Assembly (NCBI GenBank): GCA_965218205.1
Contig: OZ244590.1
Coordinates: 840,857 to 904,856, forward strand
Length of the DNA stretch: 64,000 bases
From: Spirochaetia bacterium
Lineage (GTDB): Bacteria > Spirochaetota > Spirochaetia > WTKD01 > G963693115
Direction: 5' to 3'
In this document: positions 1-11,074 of the stretch, piece by piece
How positions within the stretch are numbered: the first letter of the stretch is position 1
How the letters are laid out: each line of letters starts with the position of its first letter
Notes under the pieces: model-generated
What the model was told of the DNA's origin: nothing
The model's database searches: none
Seen by the model: only the letters and a program-made list of their open reading frames with translations
Program-made: the position numbers and the translations under genes

Positions 1-836
1 GTGAAGATTTTTTTATTAGCTTACGATGGGGATCTAAAGAGAATATAGTATGTCCGCATTGTAATTGTGAGAAAGTGTATGTAATGAAAAGCAAAGTTCC
101 TTTTAAGTGTTCTAAGTGCAGAAAATTGTTTAGTATTAAAACTGGTACTGTGTTAGCAGAGAGTAATGTAAAACTACAAACATGGTTATTAGCTATCTAT
201 TTTCTTACTTCTAGTAAAAAAGGCATGTCAAGTGTAGAATTATCAGAGAAATTAGGATGTACTCAGAAGACGGCATGGTTTCTTGCTCATAGAATAAGAA
301 AAATGTACGAAACTTCTACTGTTATTGGTGGAAATATAGAAATGGATGAAACATTTATAGGCGGAAAAGAAGGCAATAAGCATAGTAGTAAAAAGCAAGG
401 GTATCATGGAACAGAAGGTAAGACTGCAGTCATGGGAGCAATATCAAGAGAAGATAAGCAAGTAGTAGCGTATCCTGTAAAAGAAGTATCTTATAACACT
501 GTAGAAACATTTAGAGAGCATAATATAAAAAAAGACAGCATGCTTTATTCTGATGAATGTAAAGCATATGAAGGGCAATCTCATTTCAAAGTTAATCATA
601 GTATGAAAGAATTTGTCAGAGATGGCCATATTCATACTAATACCATAGAAAGTTTCTGGGCTATCATAAAAAGAGGATATATTGGTATATACCATTGGTG
701 GAGCGGTAAACATCTAAAACGATATATAAATGAGTTTGTGTATCGTTATAATAAAAGAATAGAAGATGACATAATAAGTCAAACAGTACATAATGGTATT
801 GGTAAAAAACTAAGTTATAAAATGCTGATACAATAA
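1..836 (+). CDS. IS1595-family (ISXO2-like) transposase, 5'-partial. The reading frame is open from window position 3, and the ORF-track ATG at 75 is internal.
   Basis: The translation shows an N-terminal zinc ribbon (CPHCNCEKVY...FKCSKCRKLF), then LAIYFLTSSKKGMSSVELSEKLG and a DDE-type C-terminal region typical of the ISXO2-like transposase domain. The frame runs off the 5' edge of the window. Confidence 0.8.
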   Translation, partial: EDFFISLRWGSKENIVCPHCNCEKVYVMKSKVPFKCSKCRKLFSIKTGTVLAESNVKLQTWLLAIYFLTSSKKGMSSVELSEKLGCTQKTAWFLAHRIRKMYETSTVIGGNIEMDETFIGGKEGNKHSSKKQGYHGTEGKTAVMGAISREDKQVVAYPVKEVSYNTVETFREHNIKKDSMLYSDECKAYEGQSHFKVNHSMKEFVRDGHIHTNTIESFWAIIKRGYIGIYHWWSGKHLKRYINEFVYRYNKRIEDDIISQTVHNGIGKKLSYKMLIQ

Positions 837-842
837 TAATAT

Positions 843-1073
843 ATGGCAAGACCTACTAAAAAAATAATAGAGCCTATTCCTGCTAGTTTTCATGCGGTAG
901 CAAAAGCATTAGTAACTCCACAAAAATCTATTGTACTCAATCGATTAGAAAAAAGTAAATCATACCTACAATCATTACAAGAAATACCTAATAAGTATCA
1001 AAAGACTTATAAAGAAATTGAAAGAGTACAAAATCAAATACAAAAAGACACTCAAATATTAGAAACTTTGTAA
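843..1073 (+). CDS. Hypothetical small protein (76 aa) immediately downstream of the IS1595 transposase.
   Basis: Only the ORF is visible; no recognisable motif. It may be an IS passenger or a spurious ORF. Confidence 0.3.
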   Translation: MARPTKKIIEPIPASFHAVAKALVTPQKSIVLNRLEKSKSYLQSLQEIPNKYQKTYKEIERVQNQIQKDTQILETL

Positions 1074-1081
1074 TATAAAAG

Positions 1082-1435
1082 TTATATTCCTAATATTTCA
1101 GTAATAATAGTACCTATAATAAATACTATAATGGATATTATAATTGGTTTAATTACCTTATCCCAGATATAAGAATTTTTTATTTTGTTTGAAAATTTTT
1201 TATTTTCTAACCAATCAATTCCTTCTTTTGTAATACCATTTATTAGTGCAATTCCTGCCCATGTTGTTTTTGCTACAATATACTCAAAATTTATTAGTTC
1301 GTCAACACTATCACTAAAAAATTTCTGTAGTCCTTTAGGCAAAAAATCTGCTGTAAGCTCTGTGGGGCATCCTCTATTATAAATTTCTTGTAAAATTAAA
1401 ATTTTTACTTTATCAATTTTTTTTCTATTTTTCAT
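1082..1435 (-). CDS. Hypothetical protein with a C-terminal transmembrane anchor (117 aa).
   Basis: ORF with a hydrophobic C-terminus (IIISIIVFIIGTIITEILGI); no family recognised. Confidence 0.4.
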   Translation of the reverse strand: MKNRKKIDKVKILILQEIYNRGCPTELTADFLPKGLQKFFSDSVDELINFEYIVAKTTWAGIALINGITKEGIDWLENKKFSNKIKNSYIWDKVIKPIIISIIVFIIGTIITEILGI

Positions 1436-1608
1436 ATTATATTATCTTACATAATAATATCACATTTAAGTTGTAATTTTATCTAGGTTAACATTGTATA
1501 TAGCTCCCAGCTATTCTTTCCTTTCTTTAAATTGCATAAACTGATATTATATGTATGAGTATGTATACTATGCTGTATATATACATAAAAGTTATGAGAG
1601 GTTACGTT

Positions 1609-4521
1609 ATGCAAAAATCTATATCGTTTCATTTTTTTATTTATGTGTGTTTGTTAGTTATAATCAGTACTATTACTTCTGTAATGCCATTACAGGCATA
1701 TGAATATGAAGATAAGAGTATAGTTCCTAAAAACATAGGGTATCCGATTGATTCGGGTTTTATCATAGGGGAATTTAACAATAAATTACGCTATTTTATG
1801 CGTGAAAATGATAATCCGAAAGACACTGTTATAGTGAAACTTATTGTAGAAGCAGGTTCAGCATACGAAGAGGAGAATGAGCAAGGCTTAGCTCACTTTT
1901 TAGAGCATATGGCATTTAATGGCACAAAGAATTTTCCGGGAACAACAGCCATTGATTTTATGCGAGAGAAAGGCATTGGGGAAGGGGGTCATTACAATGC
2001 AAGTACAGGCTTTTATACTACGAGTTATGATTTAGAACTGCCATCACCATCAGAGGATCCAGAAACATTTAGGACAGGGTTGCAAATTATTCGAGATTGG
2101 CTATTTTACATTACTTTTGATAGTGCAGAAATAGAGAAAGAGCGAGGGGTAGTGCTAAGTGAGTTACGTGTAAGACGCGGGTTTAATCAAGATGTATCTG
2201 ATTTATTGGTATCAAATATATACAAAGATACAGTGTTGTCACAGCGTCTTCCTATAGGAAAAGAAGAACATATAGAGGCATTTACTAAAAAGGATTTTGA
2301 GAAATTTTATAAGCGTTGGTATCATCCTCAGAATGCAGCACTGGTGGTAGTCGGAGATATTGACTTAGATGTATATTTTCCCATTATAAAGCAGATGTTT
2401 TCTGTTACAGTAGAAGAAGAATTTTTACCTCCAAGCCCCTCTTTGTTTGAAGTTCCACGTTTTTCTCGTAAAGATATGGCAGATATATTTACTATGCACA
2501 GTGAACAAGCCACTGATTCTGAACTAATTATTGCTTTCAAACTTCCTCCTATCCCTGTTACTTCTTCAATCAAAGATATTGAAAAAACACTACTGTTTTT
2601 TTTATTGTATCAATGTGTGAATGAGCGATTGACTGAGCTAACACAGGAAGAGAATTCTCCTGTACTATCAGCATATATGTCTGATTTTGATTTTAATTTG
2701 AATAATAAGGCAGCTCCTGTTGTTTTATTTTATGCTTACATTGATGCCGAAAGAAAAGAAGAAGGCATTAGTGCTTTTACCGAAGCTCTTGTAAAAATAT
2801 ATGATTATGGTTTTAGTGAAGACGAAATTCAGAGTGCTAAAGATATACTTATCTCACAATTCTATCTTGACGCAGACTCAGAAGATAGCGGATCTTTTGA
2901 GTTTGTATTTGGGGTTGAGGCAGCAGTAGTGAGTAAAAATTTTCTGTATATCGCAGATGATGAGTGGTTGAGTGATTCGGTAAGTGATTTGTTGGAGCCT
3001 TTTAAGAAAGAGCATGTACAGTATGTAGTTTCACAGATATTTGAGAGTGAGGATAGAGTGGTGCTATTTTCTGAAAAGGAGGAAGATATAGAAGCAGATA
3101 CTATAAGAGAGATATTTTTTGAAGGTATTACTGCTCAATATACTCCTCCTGAAGAAAAACAACGGCAGACATCATTACAGTTTAGTCCTGTATTACAAAT
3201 AGAATCTAATGAAGATGCCATTGTAAAAGAGCATTATTATCAAGAACTTGATATGTATAAATGGGAGCTCAAAAATGGGATAACAGTATACAGTAAAGAT
3301 ACAGATATTGAGGACAGTTCTATTTACTTTTCGGCTGAAAAAATAATTGATAGATTTTCTGATCTGGAAGATGCTAAGATAGCTTTGTCTTCTCGTGACA
3401 TTGCAGGTAATTCAGGGCTTGCTAATTTTGATGCAACAGAGTTTAGAAGGTATTCTGATACATTACAGTTAAGCATAAGTCATAGTGTATATTCTGATAA
3501 ATTAAAGATAGATGGTTTTTCTAAAACATTTGATTTTGAAGAAGGGATGAAAATACTATACGAGAGTCTTGTGTACCCTAAATTTGATAAGAAAGCTATT
3601 CGTATATGGCAAAATGAAGTAAATAATGCCTTAAAACAAGAGCAGGACCCGTATTCTGTTTTTTCTGATAGAATAAACAGAATTGTTAATTCGTATGATC
3701 CTCGTTATGAACGTATAAAAGCATCTACCGTAAATTCGGTAACACAAGAAAAATTATTGTCTCTCAATAAAGAAATGTATGGTAGTTTTAAGAATTGGAA
3801 ATTTTTCTTTGTAGGAAATTTAGATAAAGTGGACTTCAAGGATACTATAGTAAAATATATTGCAAACCTTCCTTATGATACAAATGAAATAGAACACAAA
3901 GTGCAACCTACAGGGCTTTCTCTTGAGGGGTTTCGAGACATAGAGCTTGAATTTGAATCTATAGAGGAAAGCTCCACTGTAGCTCAGCTTATAGTGCCAA
4001 TGGACAATGATATGCTCTTATTTGATAAAAAAGTATTAGCAAGAGCATTAGGATTGCTTATAGATGTTCGCACTAATGATCTTATACGGGAAGATTTAGG
4101 ACTTTCTTATTCTCCTTATGCTGGTACATATTATAGTGAAGATGATGATACATTAGTGTTATATGTACGAGTATCACATGAAAAAGAAAATCGTCAAAGA
4201 ATTGAGCAAGCAATATTTAATATTATACAAGATATAAGCGTAGGAAATATATCATTGTCAGAGTTGCAAAACATAAAAAAAGCAATTATAGAAGAAAGAT
4301 ATAGTTTACTTGATAGTAATAAACTGATGATTAGCTATTTGAGTTATGCTCTCAGCAAAAGAGATGCTGATCAATATGTTAAAGATTATGTGTATCCGGG
4401 ATACATCCTTGATATACTCATTGAAGATATTACTGTAGATAAAATTGCTGATTTTGCGAAATATATTTCTGAAGAAGCACAAGGGCTTATTATTGCAACA
4501 CTATCGCCAAGTGAAGATTAA
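1609..4521 (+). CDS. M16-family (insulinase/pitrilysin-like) zinc metallopeptidase, secreted.
   Basis: HxxEH zinc motif (HFLEHMAFNG) in the N-terminal domain, with a tandem M16 inactive domain. There is a signal peptide after the internal Met (MQKSISFHFFIYVCLL...); the ORF track starts at 1555, but 1609 is the more likely start. Confidence 0.8.
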   Translation: MQKSISFHFFIYVCLLVIISTITSVMPLQAYEYEDKSIVPKNIGYPIDSGFIIGEFNNKLRYFMRENDNPKDTVIVKLIVEAGSAYEEENEQGLAHFLEHMAFNGTKNFPGTTAIDFMREKGIGEGGHYNASTGFYTTSYDLELPSPSEDPETFRTGLQIIRDWLFYITFDSAEIEKERGVVLSELRVRRGFNQDVSDLLVSNIYKDTVLSQRLPIGKEEHIEAFTKKDFEKFYKRWYHPQNAALVVVGDIDLDVYFPIIKQMFSVTVEEEFLPPSPSLFEVPRFSRKDMADIFTMHSEQATDSELIIAFKLPPIPVTSSIKDIEKTLLFFLLYQCVNERLTELTQEENSPVLSAYMSDFDFNLNNKAAPVVLFYAYIDAERKEEGISAFTEALVKIYDYGFSEDEIQSAKDILISQFYLDADSEDSGSFEFVFGVEAAVVSKNFLYIADDEWLSDSVSDLLEPFKKEHVQYVVSQIFESEDRVVLFSEKEEDIEADTIREIFFEGITAQYTPPEEKQRQTSLQFSPVLQIESNEDAIVKEHYYQELDMYKWELKNGITVYSKDTDIEDSSIYFSAEKIIDRFSDLEDAKIALSSRDIAGNSGLANFDATEFRRYSDTLQLSISHSVYSDKLKIDGFSKTFDFEEGMKILYESLVYPKFDKKAIRIWQNEVNNALKQEQDPYSVFSDRINRIVNSYDPRYERIKASTVNSVTQEKLLSLNKEMYGSFKNWKFFFVGNLDKVDFKDTIVKYIANLPYDTNEIEHKVQPTGLSLEGFRDIELEFESIEESSTVAQLIVPMDNDMLLFDKKVLARALGLLIDVRTNDLIREDLGLSYSPYAGTYYSEDDDTLVLYVRVSHEKENRQRIEQAIFNIIQDISVGNISLSELQNIKKAIIEERYSLLDSNKLMISYLSYALSKRDADQYVKDYVYPGYILDILIEDITVDKIADFAKYISEEAQGLIIATLSPSED

Positions 4522-4620
4522 TATGGTTTACATATAAGTATAATGCTCTATTGTATGCCTATAGTGTAATTTTTTGAATTTGTTATTTAGAATCATTTCA
4601 ATATACCGAAATTCTAAATA

Positions 4621-7600
4621 ATGAAAACTGTACGTATTTGTTTATCAGCTATCATGTTAATAGCTGGTGCTATTGTTCTCACTTTTTTGGTTGTTAATAC
4701 ACAAGATGTAAAAAATAGTATAGGCAATTTTTTACTGTCTAGCTATTCCTTTATGGGTTACACTGTACCTCTTTTTTTCTTTTGGCTATTCTATATTATC
4801 ATGAGAAAAGATTCTGTATTACGTTCAGTGACATGGCCCTTGTTTGCATTGATTCCTTTCTTTTTCTTTAGCTTATCGTTTCGTACTTTCTTGTGGAGTG
4901 CAGGAGCAACATTGCCTCCTTTTTGGGCAGTAACACAGTTGTTTGGTCAAAGTGGAGCGGGAGTATTTTGGGTAGTGTTAGGAACAAGCACTGTATTAGC
5001 ACTGTCTCTATTGTATTATATATCAAGTGCAAGAGCTATAGTGCAACAAAATTCGTTACAGTACAATGAAAATATCACTCCTTATGCTCGATACCAAAAA
5101 AATCCTATTCTTACACAAAAAATAACTGCTCAGCAGTATAGTCCTACAACAGTATCTTCACAATCTATGTATCATCATGAGAGTGTTCATGATACCGCTC
5201 TTAAGAATGAAGCTCCTGCTGTTGCCTTTACTAAAAGAGAAGTTTCTCCTATAGATGCTTCTCAAGAGAGAGGCAATGAACAAAAGGATATGCATTTACA
5301 ATATGCTTCATATCCAACAGGGCTAGAAACAGAGAGAAATGAAGAAATACCCCTTTCAAGAAATGATTCTCGGTATATTCTTTTCTTTCATAAAGATAAC
5401 TCTGTACGTAAACAGTTATATTATACTGAATACGAACGTGAGCTTTTACAGGATCGTATTCCTATAGGAGTAGAAGGATTTACTAATGTTCCTAAAGATT
5501 CTTCTGTGCAAGAAAAGAAGCATACTATTACTACTGCAAGTGAACCACGCAATAGTATAGCCTCTAACAGTAGTAGACTGTTGTCGAAGCATGACACTGA
5601 CAATAGTAATGCACAAGAGGGAGCAAGAGGAGAGTCAAGGACTGCTGTGCTGGATCGTGTATCTCATGAAAATGAAGTGTTTAGTAATGATGAAGTTGAT
5701 ATTTTTGATATACATACTACAGATACCCTTATAGAAGCAAACAACAATAATGATGAGAATGCTTTTTTACAATTAGATGAAAATGATGAAATGCTTGCTT
5801 ATCAGAAAGAGTTTGAGACTGAAGAGTTAGAGTATGCACTAGATGATACTGATTTTGATGGGTATTTTGATGAATCTATATCTGATGCCGATAATTCTCG
5901 TATGCAACAAGATAAACAAGCACCTGTATTTGTAATAGAGGATAGTCATAAAAAGCAGGATGTATATGAAGATGAAGGAGTGCATACTAAAGAATCTATA
6001 CATAAAGAGTTAGATGAGATAGTGGAAAAAAAGCTAAAGATGCAACAGCAAGAAAATGCTGATGTTTCGAAAGAGCAATCAGTGTCTCCTTCTTTACAGA
6101 AAAATAATACTATAGTGAATGCACAGCAGGCTACGGAAGATGCCCATATATCCCATACACAAAGTGAAGAAAGTAACAAAACAGGAGATAATGATACTTT
6201 TGCTGATATTAGTGCTGATACTATTAACAAGGGAGACATACCAATATCTGAGTCTTTTAGCAGAAAGAGTGGCACTATGCTTACAAAAGAACATATTGTA
6301 GATGCAAGTGAGACTGATTCAAATGCACCTATAGATATGAAAAAAAAAACCACTAAAACAGCCGCTTCCTCTTCACAGTTAAAGAAATGTAAAAAGAAGT
6401 ACTTTATTCCAATATCTGGAGTCTTAAATCCTCCAATACAAGTATCATCTTTAGATACTTCTGCTTTACAAGAAATATCGCAACGACTTGAAGTAACATT
6501 ACAAGAGTTTAGTATTCAAGCAAAAGTTGTATCTGTGTGTAGAGGACCAGTAGTAACATTGTTTGAAATAGTACCTGCATCAGGAGTGAGGGTACGTCGT
6601 ATTGTTGAGCTGAGTGATAATATTGCATTGCGTTTAGCGGCTCCAAGTATACGTATTGTGGCTCCTATTCCTGGGAAAGAAGCGGTAGGTATTGAGGTCC
6701 CAAATAAAAACAGTGATATTGTGAGTTTTTCTGAACTTATATCTCAAAGTGAGTTTCATAATAAAAATTTTGTGTTGCCAATAGCACTTGGTAAAAGTAT
6801 TCTTGCAAAAACAGTTGTTGTTGATCTTGCAAAAACTCCTCATATGCTTATTGCTGGTGCTACTGGGAGCGGTAAATCAGTGTGTGTTAACTCTATTATT
6901 TGTTCGCTCCTGTATAGTTGTGAACCTGAAAATGTCAAACTTATTCTTATTGATCCTAAGATTGTTGAGTTGAGTTTTTATAATGATATTCCTCACTTGC
7001 TTACTCCCGTAATAAGTGATCCTGTTAAGTCAGTAAAAGTATTGCATTGGTGTGTAGAGGAAATGGAACGAAGATATGCTATGCTTGAACAGTATAATGT
7101 AAGAGAAATAGAAAGCTATAACAAGAAAATTTATATGCATAATCCTAATGCACAAAAGATGAGCTATATAGTTATTATCATAGACGAATTTGCTGATTTA
7201 ATGATGACAAGCGGTAAGGAAATAGAAACGCTTGTATCGCGCATTACGGCTAAATCAAGAGCTATAGGGATACATCTTGTTATTGCTACTCAGAGACCAT
7301 CGACTGATGTTATTACTGGACTTATTAAATCTAATGTTCCTACTCGTATATCGTTTATGGTTGCCAGTAAAATAGATTCTCGGATTATACTTGATGTAAA
7401 CGGTGCAGAAAAATTGCTTGGAAAAGGAGATATGCTCTATTCTTCGGCACAACATCCTTTTCCTGATAGATTACAAGGAGCATATCTTGAAGAGGGAGAA
7501 GTAGAGCGGGTGGTAGAACAAGTAAAGCAAATAGGAGGAAGTCCACAATATATGGATGAATCTCTATTTGAACAAGATAAACAAGAAGGAGAAGGCATTG

Positions 7601-7794
7601 GAGGGGTAGATGATTTATTATGGGATCAGGCAATAGAAGAGGTTATACAAAGCAGAAGGGCTTCTGCGTCTCATTTACAACGGAGATTTAAGATAGGGTA
7701 TAATAGAGCAGCAAGGCTTATTGATGATATGGAATACAAGGGGATTATTGGTCCACAACAAGGAGGAAAACAACGAGAAGTACTTATTGCATGA
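4621..7794 (+). CDS. ftsK: DNA translocase FtsK.
   Basis: N-terminal multi-TM domain, a long acidic low-complexity linker, a motor domain with Walker A GATGSGKS and Walker B IIIDEFADL, and a C-terminal gamma winged-helix (SASHLQRRFKIGYNRAARLID). Confidence 0.9.
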   Translation: MKTVRICLSAIMLIAGAIVLTFLVVNTQDVKNSIGNFLLSSYSFMGYTVPLFFFWLFYIIMRKDSVLRSVTWPLFALIPFFFFSLSFRTFLWSAGATLPPFWAVTQLFGQSGAGVFWVVLGTSTVLALSLLYYISSARAIVQQNSLQYNENITPYARYQKNPILTQKITAQQYSPTTVSSQSMYHHESVHDTALKNEAPAVAFTKREVSPIDASQERGNEQKDMHLQYASYPTGLETERNEEIPLSRNDSRYILFFHKDNSVRKQLYYTEYERELLQDRIPIGVEGFTNVPKDSSVQEKKHTITTASEPRNSIASNSSRLLSKHDTDNSNAQEGARGESRTAVLDRVSHENEVFSNDEVDIFDIHTTDTLIEANNNNDENAFLQLDENDEMLAYQKEFETEELEYALDDTDFDGYFDESISDADNSRMQQDKQAPVFVIEDSHKKQDVYEDEGVHTKESIHKELDEIVEKKLKMQQQENADVSKEQSVSPSLQKNNTIVNAQQATEDAHISHTQSEESNKTGDNDTFADISADTINKGDIPISESFSRKSGTMLTKEHIVDASETDSNAPIDMKKKTTKTAASSSQLKKCKKKYFIPISGVLNPPIQVSSLDTSALQEISQRLEVTLQEFSIQAKVVSVCRGPVVTLFEIVPASGVRVRRIVELSDNIALRLAAPSIRIVAPIPGKEAVGIEVPNKNSDIVSFSELISQSEFHNKNFVLPIALGKSILAKTVVVDLAKTPHMLIAGATGSGKSVCVNSIICSLLYSCEPENVKLILIDPKIVELSFYNDIPHLLTPVISDPVKSVKVLHWCVEEMERRYAMLEQYNVREIESYNKKIYMHNPNAQKMSYIVIIIDEFADLMMTSGKEIETLVSRITAKSRAIGIHLVIATQRPSTDVITGLIKSNVPTRISFMVASKIDSRIILDVNGAEKLLGKGDMLYSSAQHPFPDRLQGAYLEEGEVERVVEQVKQIGGSPQYMDESLFEQDKQEGEGIGGVDDLLWDQAIEEVIQSRRASASHLQRRFKIGYNRAARLIDDMEYKGIIGPQQGGKQREVLIA

Positions 7795-7817
7795 TAATAC
7801 TATTGGAGTAAAAAGTA

Positions 7818-8573
7818 CTATGTAATATTACGTTCTTTTCGTATGCTATCCCATGCGTTTTGTATTTCCAAAAAACGTTTCTTTGCCTGTTCTATCATAG
7901 AAGGAGACATTCCTTTGCTTTTTAGCATATCAGGATGATATTCTTTTACTAGCCGCTTGTATGTTTTTTTGATTTCAATATCGCTTGCATCTTTGCTAAC
8001 ACCGAGTATGTGATACGACTGCTCAGTGCTTGCTTGAAATGAATTCATCATATGATGTAATTCACTCATGCTTATTGAAAATATTCTTGCAACACTTTGT
8101 AGTATACTTTCTTCTTCGGATGATATTACTCCATCTGCTGATGCTATGCCTGCAAGCTGATAGAGTAGTTGTCTTTCTACTTGGGGGGCATTATGAAATA
8201 AATTGTGAAATTCATGTGCGAGCTCGTCAATGCTTTTTGTTTCGTTTTTTGCATTATTAAAATAGTGTATTGCTGAACTCTTGTACTCTGTATTAAGATT
8301 TAGTTTATTGATAAGATCAACTACATAGTCTCCTTCCTGTTTTGATATAGTTCCATCTGCTTTTGCTATTTTTCCTAACAGGGTAAAAAAGGTATAGAAG
8401 TATAATTCTTGCATTTCTTGAATTCTACTTCCATTAAATGTACTAAATATACTTGAGTATCCTCGTCTTGCTCTTGCATTTAAGAATAGATTGCCAAGAA
8501 ACATTCCAAGAAAAACACCAAAAATACTGCGAAAAATATAATAGCCAAGTATGGCTCCAATTAGCATGCCCAT
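7818..8573 (-). CDS. djlA: DjlA-like co-chaperone with an N-terminal TM helix, a TerB-like domain and a C-terminal J domain.
   Basis: C-terminal J domain with YHILGVSKDASDIEIKKTYKRLVKEYHPD (HPD motif). The upstream tellurite-resistance TerB-like region and the N-terminal hydrophobic helix match DjlA architecture. Confidence 0.7.
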   Translation of the reverse strand: MGMLIGAILGYYIFRSIFGVFLGMFLGNLFLNARARRGYSSIFSTFNGSRIQEMQELYFYTFFTLLGKIAKADGTISKQEGDYVVDLINKLNLNTEYKSSAIHYFNNAKNETKSIDELAHEFHNLFHNAPQVERQLLYQLAGIASADGVISSEEESILQSVARIFSISMSELHHMMNSFQASTEQSYHILGVSKDASDIEIKKTYKRLVKEYHPDMLKSKGMSPSMIEQAKKRFLEIQNAWDSIRKERNIT

Positions 8574-8575
8574 AT

Positions 8576-10054
8576 TTATAATTCCTTATAACTTTTTTCT
8601 CTTTTTTCTATTAATATATCACGTAACTCTTTTAATGTTTTGTTGATAGATACCTTGTACAGATGAGGGTTTAATAATCGCTTGTAGCTGTGGTCAAGGC
8701 ATATGAAATTGTTTGCTACTTGTTGTTTGATGGAGCTAAGACTAGTATGTAGTTTTTTCTGTCCTTTGTGTAAAACACACGCAAGGAGTGGAAAGGCTTG
8801 TATATTATTGGGAAGTTGAAATTTACGAGTATCAAGATACGGATGATATACTGTCTGTAACGAAAAAGAGGTGTTTGTAGGGACATCTGTAGTATGTTCA
8901 TGTACCACTACATCAGCAACATACGATCGATTAGTATTTGTTTGTTGATAACATCGGTATATTTGTTTGATGCCAGGAAGTGAATTTTTTTCTATATTAT
9001 TGGATAATTTTAATAATGGTTGTATACGCTTGTTACCAGTATCAGAATCTATTGTTTCTTTTGCACTTAGCTTGTATACTCCACTAAGGCTTTCTTCAAT
9101 ACTATTTGCCACAAGTTTTGTTCCTATTCCCCAACTATCGACAGGGCAATTATTTGCGGTAAGATCGGATATGATATACTCGTCTAAGTTATTTGAAGCA
9201 ACAATAAATGCCTCTGTTAATCCTGCTTTGTTAAGTCCTTTGCGTACAGCATGTGAAAGATAGTCTATGTCACCACTATCAAGGCGTACCCCAAAATTTT
9301 TTCCTTGTTTTTGTAACATTTTTCCTACCTGTATAGCTGCAGGTAGTCCACTGCTAATGGTATTGTAGGTATCTAATAGAAATACTGACATATCGGGGTA
9401 CATGCGAGCATAGGTATTAAAGGCTTCTATTTCATTTTCAAAATTCATGATCCAAGAATGCGACATAGTTCCAATATAAGGAATACTAAATTCTTTGCAT
9501 GCAGCTACATTAGATGTAGCACTTGTTCCACCAATATATGCAGCTCTGCTTGCTAACATAGCACCACTTGGTCCAGGTGCTCTACGTAATCCCATCTCAA
9601 ATATTTTTTTTCCTTTTGCTGCATAGGACATACGAGCGGTTTTTGTGGAAATATAACTACTGTAGTTAATGAAGTTTAGAATTAGCCCTTCTATAAGTTG
9701 AGCTTCTGCTACAGGAGCATGTACACGAATAAGCGGTTCGTTAGGGAAACATACAGTTCCTTCTGGTACGGCATATATTGTGCCTCTAAATCGAAAATGA
9801 GAAAGATGATCGAGAAAGCTTTTTGTAAACTGCTTTGTGCTGTGTAAAAAATCTATATCTTCTTTTTTGAAATGCAAATTACTAATAGTATCAAGCAAGG
9901 GATCTAATCCTGAAAAAACAATATAGCCTCCATGCGGAGCACTACGAAAAAACATATCGCATACCACATTATAATCATGCTTAGCATTGTAATACCCTTG
10001 CATCATAGTGAGTGTGTAAAAATCAGTAAATAATCCGCTTAAGTTAAAATCCAC
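8576..10054 (-). CDS. pncB: Nicotinate phosphoribosyltransferase.
   Basis: N-terminal TDFYTLTMMQGYY motif and overall NAPRTase length and domain order. Confidence 0.85.
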   Translation of the reverse strand: MDFNLSGLFTDFYTLTMMQGYYNAKHDYNVVCDMFFRSAPHGGYIVFSGLDPLLDTISNLHFKKEDIDFLHSTKQFTKSFLDHLSHFRFRGTIYAVPEGTVCFPNEPLIRVHAPVAEAQLIEGLILNFINYSSYISTKTARMSYAAKGKKIFEMGLRRAPGPSGAMLASRAAYIGGTSATSNVAACKEFSIPYIGTMSHSWIMNFENEIEAFNTYARMYPDMSVFLLDTYNTISSGLPAAIQVGKMLQKQGKNFGVRLDSGDIDYLSHAVRKGLNKAGLTEAFIVASNNLDEYIISDLTANNCPVDSWGIGTKLVANSIEESLSGVYKLSAKETIDSDTGNKRIQPLLKLSNNIEKNSLPGIKQIYRCYQQTNTNRSYVADVVVHEHTTDVPTNTSFSLQTVYHPYLDTRKFQLPNNIQAFPLLACVLHKGQKKLHTSLSSIKQQVANNFICLDHSYKRLLNPHLYKVSINKTLKELRDILIEKREKSYKEL

Positions 10055-10159
10055 CTATAATAGTATATCAGTAATCAAAAAAATGTGTGTTAAGAAGAGG
10101 AACTTATACAGACTCAAACTTGAAAGATGGTATTATTTGTTACTCTAGTGTAATACTAT

Positions 10160-10981
10160 TTAGTATTCTGTATTAGCTGTATAAGATTGTTGTAGGGTAG
10201 CAGTTATTTCTGTTTCAAACCATTTCACAAGGGCAAACATTCTATATAAAAGGCTTTTTGTTGCTCGTAACCGTATTCCTTCAAAAGGCATACTAATATT
10301 ACTATAGCTAACAGCATATATTGTAAATGTATTTTCTTTTCTTTGAATAAGAATATTGTTCAATAAAGTCTTTGGTGATGCAATAAGAATAAAAATATTA
10401 TAAAAAACATGCTCTAAATTTTTAATTGAAATGAGAAATTCATGTGAGTCTTTATACATAATGTCATAACTAAACAGCCCTTTGCCAAAAGAGCTATCGT
10501 ACTTAAAAATAGTTGTGTTCATTGATGGTTGAAGGGTAGAAGGAACTATGTCTGCTATGGGAGTTTTATCATCCTTTGATACTGCAGTATATATATCCTT
10601 AATAAAAGTGCGATATGTCTGACGACTGTTAGAGTAGTATGTTATATTTTTTTGAGAGCGTATCGAAAGTAAGGTTTTTAATGTGAGTAAATCAATCTCA
10701 GTATCTGTCATTGTTTCAAGATGTTCTTTGGGTATAGTAAAAGAGTAGTGTAGCTCGCTCCCTATGTTAGGGGTTTGCTCTTCTATTGTCTCTTGTACTG
10801 TATCAATGAGTACAGAAGCAGGAGCTAGCTGAATAGAGAAAGGTTGAGTGTATAAAAAATGAGGAAACTCTGGAGCAGGAATTTTTTCTTCTGCATATGC
10901 CAAGATATGAGCAAAAAGTATAAAGCACGTTATCATTCCATAACGTAGGGTACTGCTATGATTATATATAAAAAAATTCAC
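10160..10981 (-). CDS. Hypothetical secreted protein (273 aa).
   Basis: N-terminal signal peptide (MITCFILFAHILAYA); no recognised domain. Confidence 0.5.
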   Translation of the reverse strand: MNFFIYNHSSTLRYGMITCFILFAHILAYAEEKIPAPEFPHFLYTQPFSIQLAPASVLIDTVQETIEEQTPNIGSELHYSFTIPKEHLETMTDTEIDLLTLKTLLSIRSQKNITYYSNSRQTYRTFIKDIYTAVSKDDKTPIADIVPSTLQPSMNTTIFKYDSSFGKGLFSYDIMYKDSHEFLISIKNLEHVFYNIFILIASPKTLLNNILIQRKENTFTIYAVSYSNISMPFEGIRLRATKSLLYRMFALVKWFETEITATLQQSYTANTEY

Positions 10982-11074
10982 TATTACTATCCTTGTACAC
11001 TGTGCTTATATTGATCTTATACATTAGCCTTATAAACTAGTGTAATATGTTGTATTATTAGTATACTAGAATAT

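Noticed and set aside
5421-7633. Several 60-135-aa minus- and plus-strand ORFs inside ftsK
   Set aside because: All are embedded in the FtsK reading frame, which has clear conserved motifs. They are low-complexity antisense translations.
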